Origin: a virus
Lineage: Duplodnaviria > Caudoviricetes
DNA length: 34,768 nucleotides
Reading direction: 5' to 3' (one strand)
Virus record (IMG/VR): IMGVR_UViG_3300033153_000622
Span: 1-34,768 of that record
The notes under the pieces are model-generated. The model was not told the origin of the DNA. It made no database searches and saw nothing but the letters and a program-made list of their open reading frames with translations. Of this stretch, positions 7,127 to 13,761 are shown piece after piece; within the stretch, counting starts at the first letter, position 1, and each line of letters opens with the position of its first letter. A program made the translations under genes and the position numbers.

Positions 7127-7278
7127 ACACAGAAATGAAAGACACAGTAGAAGTAGTAGCTGCCAATGGGGGAGCTTTAGGTTTAACATTAATGCAGGCT
7201 AACGAAATACTTCAATTTGTTTCTCTTTCGCTTGCTATTGCCTTTACAATTTATAAGTTTATAAAGAAAAAAAAATAA
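7123..7278 (+). CDS. 51-aa holin-like membrane protein (not in ORF track)
   Basis: MNTEMKDTVEVVAANGGALGLTLMQANEILQFVSLSLAIAFTIYKFIKKKK; hydrophobic helix plus basic tail, 2 nt before the endolysin. Confidence 0.7.
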   Translation: MNTEMKDTVEVVAANGGALGLTLMQANEILQFVSLSLAIAFTIYKFIKKKK

Positions 7279-7280
7279 TC

Positions 7281-7649
7281 ATGAAATATTTTACCCACAG
7301 TGAGTTTGATTCTCCAGGCGAACCAGGTTCAGGGAAAAATATGAGACATGAGTTTTTAGAAATGTTAGACTTTGCCAGAGAAGAAGCGGGCATACCTTTC
7401 AAGATAACATCAGGATTCAGAACAAACGCTTACAATAAAGACTTAATAGATAGAGGATATCAAGCATCAAAGAATAGTTCACACTTAAAAGGATGTGCAG
7501 CTGATATTGCGTGTGGTAATTCAGAAAAGAGATCTATAATGGTTAGAGCTTTAGTTAATGTCGGGTTCACTCGTTTGGGTATTTCAAAGACCTTCATACA
7601 TGTGGACAACGATCCTGATAAGTCTGACGCAATCTGGTTATACGCATAA
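7281..7649 (+). CDS. endolysin, peptidase M15 family Zn peptidase
   Basis: ITSGFR, SSHLKGCAADI (H-x6-D) and FIHVD Zn ligands. Confidence 0.9.
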   Translation: MKYFTHSEFDSPGEPGSGKNMRHEFLEMLDFAREEAGIPFKITSGFRTNAYNKDLIDRGYQASKNSSHLKGCAADIACGNSEKRSIMVRALVNVGFTRLGISKTFIHVDNDPDKSDAIWLYA

Positions 7650-7939
7650 TGGCTGAGAAGAGTAAAATGAAATGTAACCGAGTCGTAGCTTCTGACCGAC
7701 CAGGTAAGAAGAAGATGGTTAAGGCGTGTGAGGGTGGTAAAGAAAAGTTAATTCACTTCGGGGCTAAAGGTTATGGTCATAACTATTCTGCTGCTGCAAG
7801 AAAGTCTTTTAAAGCACGACATAAATGCGGTACAGCTAAGTCTAAGTTAACAGCACGTTATTGGTCGTGCAAACATTTATGGGCAGGTAAAGGTGGTTCA
7901 ACTAAATCGAGCCCTAAAAATAGAAGAGGAAAATACTAA
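7649..7939 (+). CDS. basic 96-aa phage protein
   Basis: LIHFGAKGY...RKSFKARHKC...TARYWSC pattern; TAATG overlaps at both ends. Confidence 0.8.
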   Translation: MAEKSKMKCNRVVASDRPGKKKMVKACEGGKEKLIHFGAKGYGHNYSAAARKSFKARHKCGTAKSKLTARYWSCKHLWAGKGGSTKSSPKNRRGKY

Positions 7940-8145
7940 TGAAAGAAATTTTAGAATTAATAGAGGGTTACGGGTTACCATTAATATTATTATTGGGAGC
8001 TTTATATGCTTTATATCGTTTTTTAGTTTTTAGTTTATACGAAGTGAAGAATCAATTTTCACGTCATCATGAAAGAGCGGCTGATAATATGACCGAAATA
8101 AAAAAGAAAATAGATATTATATTAGAATATATTAGAAAACAATAA
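7939..8145 (+). CDS. single-TM plus coiled-coil protein (holin/antiholin-like)
   Basis: GLPLILLLGALYALYRFLVFSLY hydrophobic segment. Confidence 0.6.
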   Translation: MKEILELIEGYGLPLILLLGALYALYRFLVFSLYEVKNQFSRHHERAADNMTEIKKKIDIILEYIRKQ

Positions 8146-8149
8146 GATT

Positions 8150-8608
8150 ATGCCAGAAAACAAACCTAAAACAAATGCTATAAATCTCAAAGACATGAGT
8201 CCTCAGGAGAAGCAAGAATTATTTGCTAAATGGAAAAGACAAAGAGAACAACATAAGGCAACTCGAGGAAATAATAAAACTAATAAAACTCAACGTACTA
8301 ACGTAAAAGAAAATAAGAGAACTAAGAAAGAACAGGATGCCATAGCGTATTGGAAAGCTAATCCCAATAAAAAACATTCTATGAAATACGGTGTTAATCC
8401 TAACAATCCTAATAAAGAATTTATAGAAAAAACTGCTTACGATGGTTCTGGATTTGGTGAAAATGATAAGATTAGTAAAGCGTTTACTATAGGGGCCGGC
8501 ACTCTATTAACAGGTGGTGTCACCAATGCCCTTAACATTAGAGGGCTAAATACAGCTGCTAAAACAATTAAGTATGGGTCAAAAGGATCAAAAATTGGAG
8601 ATATATAA
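8150..8608 (+). CDS. basic 152-aa protein
   Basis: Coupled ORF; Lys/Asn-rich with a Gly-rich hydrophobic patch near the C-terminus. Confidence 0.75.
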   Translation: MPENKPKTNAINLKDMSPQEKQELFAKWKRQREQHKATRGNNKTNKTQRTNVKENKRTKKEQDAIAYWKANPNKKHSMKYGVNPNNPNKEFIEKTAYDGSGFGENDKISKAFTIGAGTLLTGGVTNALNIRGLNTAAKTIKYGSKGSKIGDI

Positions 8609-9000
8609 TGAGTATTTGGACTAAAATATTTGGTAAAGGAGCGTTAGATGTAGCTGGGAAGGTTGCAGGAATTGCTGATAGGTTTATTCAAACAAAAGAA
8701 GAAAAGGCAGCTTTTGAAATGGAGATGCAAAAGATCTTTATAGAAGCAGAGGCAGAGATTCAAAAGAATGTAACCGAAAGATGGAGAAGCGATATGACCA
8801 GCGATTCCTGGTTAAGTAAAAATGTTAGACCTATGGTTTTAATATTTTTAGTTGTATGCACTGTCTTAATGATATTTATAGACGCAGGGTCTCTTAACTT
8901 TAAGGTAGAGGAAAAATGGACCGATCTATTACAGTTAGTATTAATAACAGTTATTGGGGCTTACTTTGGAGGAAGGTCATTTGAGAAAATTAAAAAATAA
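8608..9000 (+). CDS. holin, 3TM (GTA-holin-like) family
   Basis: RWRSDMTSDSWLSKNVRP, two TM helices, YFGGRSFEK end. Confidence 0.8.
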   Translation: MSIWTKIFGKGALDVAGKVAGIADRFIQTKEEKAAFEMEMQKIFIEAEAEIQKNVTERWRSDMTSDSWLSKNVRPMVLIFLVVCTVLMIFIDAGSLNFKVEEKWTDLLQLVLITVIGAYFGGRSFEKIKK

Positions 9001-9017
9001 AGTCTAAAAACTTTTCT

Positions 9018-9025
9018 TATCTTTG
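9018..9025 (+). promoter_or_regulatory. -7 promoter element
   Basis: TATCTTTG, ATG at 9058. Confidence 0.75.
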
Positions 9026-9057
9026 TAAAAAATTAATTACAATCTAAATTTATTAAA

Positions 9058-9306
9058 ATGAAAAAAATTGAAGAAAAAGAATTAACAGATTTACAAGAGT
9101 TGCATGCTGAATTTAATAAGCTAAAAACTCAACTTGGAGATTTATCTTTACAGAAACATGGAATATGTTTAAGAGTAGAAGAATTAAAAGCTGATTTTCA
9201 AAAGCATGAACAAGCTTTAGTTGACAAGTACGGTATAAACTCTGTTATTAATTTAGAAACAGGAGAAATAAAAGAAAAAGAAGAACAAAAAGAAGCTAAT
9301 GGCTAA
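9058..9306 (+). CDS. coiled-coil 82-aa protein
   Basis: Heptad pattern ending KYG...INLETGEI. Confidence 0.8.
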   Translation: MKKIEEKELTDLQELHAEFNKLKTQLGDLSLQKHGICLRVEELKADFQKHEQALVDKYGINSVINLETGEIKEKEEQKEANG

Positions 9307-9826
9307 GATTGAAAACACTACCGTATATCCTACTATAATACCTACAGTAAATGATTATGTAATATTAACAGATGTTAGTGATAACAATGCAACTAAAACT
9401 GCTAAGGTATCACAGTTTCAAGAATCTTTTGGAGTCAGCACGTTGGAAGTAACTATAGACAAGTATGTTATTACAGGATTATTTTCTAATCCTAAAGTAT
9501 TGTTAACTTGTAATGCGGGAGAATATATTCAACCTATTTGTTCTCTTATAAAATATGTATATCAAGATATAGCTTATACATTTTCTGCTCAATTAGAATT
9601 AAGACTGGGGCCTACAACAAATAATGCTATACACACTTGGCCTGCTTCAGCTTTATTTAATGGAATACAAAATGTAGTAGCCTGGTCAAACCCTACTGCT
9701 TCTTCTTATGAATATGGTAATGCAGCAGGAGGAGACTCATTAACATTAGCTGCTACAGCTCTGAACCCTGTAGGGGACGGAGGAACAATGACGATTAATG
9801 TACAATATAGAATTGTAAAATTTTAA
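9299..9826 (+). CDS. short fibre/spike protein
   Basis: N-terminal MAKIENTTVYPT anchor shared with next gene; beta-rich C-domain. Confidence 0.7.
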   Translation: MAKIENTTVYPTIIPTVNDYVILTDVSDNNATKTAKVSQFQESFGVSTLEVTIDKYVITGLFSNPKVLLTCNAGEYIQPICSLIKYVYQDIAYTFSAQLELRLGPTTNNAIHTWPASALFNGIQNVVAWSNPTASSYEYGNAAGGDSLTLAATALNPVGDGGTMTINVQYRIVKF

Positions 9827-9829
9827 GAT

Positions 9830-11911
9830 ATGGCTAAGATTGAAAACACTACAGTATACCCTACGGTCACACCAGCAATGGAGGACTTACTTATTGCTAC
9901 TGATGTTAGTAATGACAATGAAACAGTTACATTTTTAGTAAGTGATTTAATAGGTGGTACAGGTGTTCTTCAAGGACTACAGTCGGTTTTAGATGTTGGC
10001 AATACAGCTACTCAAAATATAAACTTAACAGGTGTAGGGCCAGGAGGAGGTATAACGGTTATTGGAACAGTTTATCCTACTACAATTACAGCAAGTGGAA
10101 CAACAGGTCTGGCAGGACAAATACTATCTTCTACAGGAACAGGCATACAGTGGATTAACAGTCCTACTTTAACTTGTTGTGGATGGGAAGACACGTTGAT
10201 AATAGACTCATTATCATCTGTAAATGCAATAATGGATGCTGCTACTATGACTTTCCAAAACGCAGGTGCTGGAATAATTATAACAACACCAGGGACATTA
10301 AGTAACAGTGGTATTTCTACCTTTACTGGAGAAGTTCAAATTAACGGAACAGATTTAAACTTTAATGCTACAGGACAAATAAATGATAGTGCAGGTAGTA
10401 CCGGAGCGGTGGGACAATGGTTAACAGCTACAGCAACAGGAGTAGAATGGAGTAGCACCCTACCTCCGGCATCTTGTTGTGACCTTCAGAGCACTTTAAA
10501 TATTGGGTCTACATCCTTTAATCAAGGAATGAGCTTTACAGGCACAAGTAGTATTACAATGGCTGCAGGAGTAAGTATAGGGTCATCAGGAAACAATGTT
10601 TTCAGTGGAACTAATACTTTCTCAGGAACATTAGATGTAGATGCGTGTTTAGAAGATTCACTTGGTTCCTGTGGTGTTGCAGGCCAAGTATTAATATCTA
10701 CAGGTACTGCAGTTCAATGGTCAAACGGGGCAGGTCTTGGTGCTCAAAATTTACAGGGAGTTTTAGATACAGCACCTTTTGGAGCCACAGGAGCAAATGC
10801 TAATGTGGTAATTTCAGGAACATTAAATGCAGGGACTATTACTGATAACTCAGGAAGTACAGGGGCAGTAGGTCAGTATTTAGCTATAAGTGGTGCAGGT
10901 TTAACTTGGACTACTTTAGCTCCAGGTGGAGTTACTTCTGTAGCCGCTGGTGCTTCAGCTATATCTACAGGTGCCGCACTAACTATTACCCCTACCACTG
11001 GTGCGGTAATAGTAACGCCAAACTATTTTGCAGGATCCAATAATGTAGGACATGTTCCTGATTCAACAGCAGTAGATCAAGTTACAAACTTTCTACGAGC
11101 AGATGGATCGTGGGCAGTACCAGCAGGTGGTGGTGGTGGTGTAACTGATTTAAGTATAGGAACGGTAGCCGCCTCAACAGGACTACCAATCACAATTGCT
11201 CCAGCCTCTCCAGCAACAGGATCAGTAACTATTACTCAAACAAGATATACAGGAGGAACTAATGAGGGGTGTGTACCAAGAGGATCATTAAATGATGCTA
11301 CTAAATATTTAGATGGATCAGGAAACTGGACAGTTCCAGCAGGGGGAAGTGTTACTGCTCCAGAGGAAGTAGTTAGAGTTCCTTTCTTTAATCAAAAATG
11401 GGAGCCTGGTACCACAGGGCCATCCGATTACTATACTTTTGATGGATTAGCCCAGGGGCCAAGTAATTTACAATATTTAGGAAACAATAGTATAGGTACA
11501 ACGCTTCCATCGTCAGCACTTCTGACTCCAGAAGATTATCTCGCAGGTATTGTATGGGGATATCCCCACGCAGGAGGGTGTACATTATATGGTGATTCTT
11601 GGGCGGTATGTTCTGTAAAATTTCAACTTATAAGTGATACTAATACTACTTTTGTTTTTAATCTTTGGAAAGGACCTCTATGTCCTGCAGACCCAGAAGT
11701 AACAGGTCTTACATTGTTAGCAACTTGCGAATTTCCAGAAGCAGAACCAAACTTAATTCTGTGTTGTGAGGCAACTATAGCCGCAGCCCCTGCAAATAAA
11801 ATCGGTCATGATGAAGCAATTTTTATGACTCTAAATAACGGGGGAGCGGGAGGTGCCGCTGTAACCTTTCAAGGAAATGCGTTTATAAACTTACAAAAAG
11901 ACACTCCTTAA
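9830..11911 (+). CDS. tail fibre with internal repeats
   Basis: Gly/Thr-rich; four GxxGQxLxxxxxxxxW units and two (F/Y)LxxxGxWxVPAGG units. Confidence 0.85.
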   Translation: MAKIENTTVYPTVTPAMEDLLIATDVSNDNETVTFLVSDLIGGTGVLQGLQSVLDVGNTATQNINLTGVGPGGGITVIGTVYPTTITASGTTGLAGQILSSTGTGIQWINSPTLTCCGWEDTLIIDSLSSVNAIMDAATMTFQNAGAGIIITTPGTLSNSGISTFTGEVQINGTDLNFNATGQINDSAGSTGAVGQWLTATATGVEWSSTLPPASCCDLQSTLNIGSTSFNQGMSFTGTSSITMAAGVSIGSSGNNVFSGTNTFSGTLDVDACLEDSLGSCGVAGQVLISTGTAVQWSNGAGLGAQNLQGVLDTAPFGATGANANVVISGTLNAGTITDNSGSTGAVGQYLAISGAGLTWTTLAPGGVTSVAAGASAISTGAALTITPTTGAVIVTPNYFAGSNNVGHVPDSTAVDQVTNFLRADGSWAVPAGGGGGVTDLSIGTVAASTGLPITIAPASPATGSVTITQTRYTGGTNEGCVPRGSLNDATKYLDGSGNWTVPAGGSVTAPEEVVRVPFFNQKWEPGTTGPSDYYTFDGLAQGPSNLQYLGNNSIGTTLPSSALLTPEDYLAGIVWGYPHAGGCTLYGDSWAVCSVKFQLISDTNTTFVFNLWKGPLCPADPEVTGLTLLATCEFPEAEPNLILCCEATIAAAPANKIGHDEAIFMTLNNGGAGGAAVTFQGNAFINLQKDTP

Positions 11912-11935
11912 TCAAATTAATTAAAATAAAATGAA

Positions 11936-12154
11936 ATGGACATTAGAAAAATATCAATCGGCTCAGACTATAAGTCTGGAGCTATGCACTACATAGTCGG
12001 CCAAGAAGTATTAGGAGGGTCGCATACAATACATCTTATTCAAGGAGCTGAATCTTCTTATAAAATTTGGATACAAAAAAAAGACGAAGTTTATCTATGG
12101 AAAGAGTTTCTTAGCACACTACCTATATCTGTAGAATTTAACATTAATTTTTAA
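11936..12154 (+). CDS. 72-aa beta-rich hypothetical protein
   Basis: IRKISIGSDYK...MHYIVGQ; TAATG overlap with next gene. Confidence 0.85.
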   Translation: MDIRKISIGSDYKSGAMHYIVGQEVLGGSHTIHLIQGAESSYKIWIQKKDEVYLWKEFLSTLPISVEFNINF

Positions 12155-12717
12155 TGCGTTCTCCATATAACTTTATTGTTACTCCTTTAAAAAATAAAAG
12201 GTATGACAACATTAAAGACATAGGGGATGTCGAGTTTATTACAAGCGTTTCTAAAGAAGATCATAAAACATCTAATAGGTTTGCTAAAGTAGTTGCTTTA
12301 CCTATCCATTATAATGGGCCTATCAAAGAAGGGGACACTTTATTAGTACACCATAATGTATTTAAATTATATTATGATATGCAAGGAGTAGAAAAAAGTG
12401 GTAGAAGTTTTTTAAAAGATAATTTATTTTTAATAGATAATGAGCAGTTTTTTTTATATAAACAAAATAAAAAATGGAAGGCTCATGGTAAGTATTGTTT
12501 TATAAAACCTGTATCGTTAGAAGACTCTTATATTTTTAAAGGAGGGAATGAAGAGCCTTTAGTAGGAATAGTAAAATACATTAATAAAGAACTCGAGCTA
12601 TTAGGAATACAAGAAGGAGATAAAATCTCTTTTACTCCTGATAGTGAATACGAGTTTAATATCGAGGGAGAAAAACTCTATAGAATGTTTACTAATAATA
12701 TAACAATGGTATTATGA
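12154..12717 (+). CDS. tandem double GroES-like protein
   Basis: Two GroES-type patterns: FIVTP...AKVVALP...IKEGDTLLV and YCFIKP...GIVKY...IQEGDKISF...EFNIEGEKLYRM...ITMVL. Confidence 0.7.
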   Translation: MRSPYNFIVTPLKNKRYDNIKDIGDVEFITSVSKEDHKTSNRFAKVVALPIHYNGPIKEGDTLLVHHNVFKLYYDMQGVEKSGRSFLKDNLFLIDNEQFFLYKQNKKWKAHGKYCFIKPVSLEDSYIFKGGNEEPLVGIVKYINKELELLGIQEGDKISFTPDSEYEFNIEGEKLYRMFTNNITMVL

Positions 12718-13292
12718 TATATACTCATGATAACTTTATAGATAAAGATTTATTTAACATAGCTTGCAACTATTTAAAAAAAGGAGAGTTTATTAAACAT
12801 ACTGTAGGAGAAAAAAATTTTTATGTACAAGAATCTCCTTCTACTTTTGATGAATATGTTTTAAATAAATTAGCACGTACAGAAGGAAGACCATTAGAAA
12901 ATATATTAAGTTTTTTTAGAGTATCAACTGATAAATTAGATAATACTTGGAGAATTCATTCTGATTTAAATATAAATGGTAAACGTCCTGATAGAGCTGC
13001 TGTTTTATATATGTCTCCTCGAGAAAGAGAAGATTTACATGGCACTGCGTTTTGGGAGCATGCTATTTATGGTAAAGATTTACCTTCAGATATTACTGAT
13101 AAAAAGTATGATGAATTAATAAGGGTAGATTCTGAAAACTTAGATATGTGGAGATTGGTTTCAGTTTCAGGTTATGAGCAAAACAGAATCATTTCTTATC
13201 CTGCTAATTATTTTCATAGTAAATATCCTAATAAATCTTGGAAAGAAGGAAGGGAAGTATATGTTATATTTTATAAATTTAAAAAAAATTAA
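12714..13292 (+). CDS. 2OG-Fe(II) dioxygenase-like protein
   Basis: IHSD (HxD), AAVLYM, GTAFW, NRIISYPANYFHS (distal His), terminal R-x-V-x-V-x-F strand. Confidence 0.8.
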   Translation: MIYTHDNFIDKDLFNIACNYLKKGEFIKHTVGEKNFYVQESPSTFDEYVLNKLARTEGRPLENILSFFRVSTDKLDNTWRIHSDLNINGKRPDRAAVLYMSPREREDLHGTAFWEHAIYGKDLPSDITDKKYDELIRVDSENLDMWRLVSVSGYEQNRIISYPANYFHSKYPNKSWKEGREVYVIFYKFKKN

Positions 13293-13295
13293 ATC

Positions 13296-13502
13296 ATGGG
13301 AGTACAAAAAAACATTGGAATACTAAAAGCTAAAGTAGAAATTTTAACAGACAATCTTCAGAAATTAATTATAGAAGAGAAACAAACTCGAGATATGGTC
13401 TTAGGTGCGTTGCAAATTTTAAAAGAAATGCCAGGACATGAAAAAGCGTTGAAAAAATTACAAGAAAAATTTAAAGAAGAAAATGGACATAAGGGAGCTT
13501 AA
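13296..13502 (+). CDS. coiled-coil 68-aa protein
   Basis: Coupled ORF with amphipathic helices. Confidence 0.75.
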   Translation: MGVQKNIGILKAKVEILTDNLQKLIIEEKQTRDMVLGALQILKEMPGHEKALKKLQEKFKEENGHKGA

Positions 13503-13761
13503 GGCAAATATAATACAAGCTGGTGAGAAAGCAGTCAAGCAACTTATTAAGGTTGCAAAAGAAGATATTATAAAATTTGATAAAGATGATGAGTTGGCGG
13601 CAGACAGATTAAAAAATGCGGCAGCTACTAAAAAGCTGTGTATTATGGATGCGTTTGAAATATTAAAACGTATAGAAGAAGAAAGAGCTTTATTAGATGG
13701 GAATGTAACAGAAAAGAAAACTAATACTCCTAAAGGATTTGCGGAATCAAGATCAAAATAA
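13483..13761 (+). CDS. probable terminase small subunit
   Basis: Small helical protein overlapping the start of TerL; positional inference. Confidence 0.55.
   Translation: MDIRELKANIIQAGEKAVKQLIKVAKEDIIKFDKDDELAADRLKNAAATKKLCIMDAFEILKRIEEERALLDGNVTEKKTNTPKGFAESRSK

Noticed and set aside
9299-9870. Diversity-generating retroelement TR/VR pair
   Set aside because: Repeat is N-terminal, differences are not adenine-specific, and no reverse transcriptase is present
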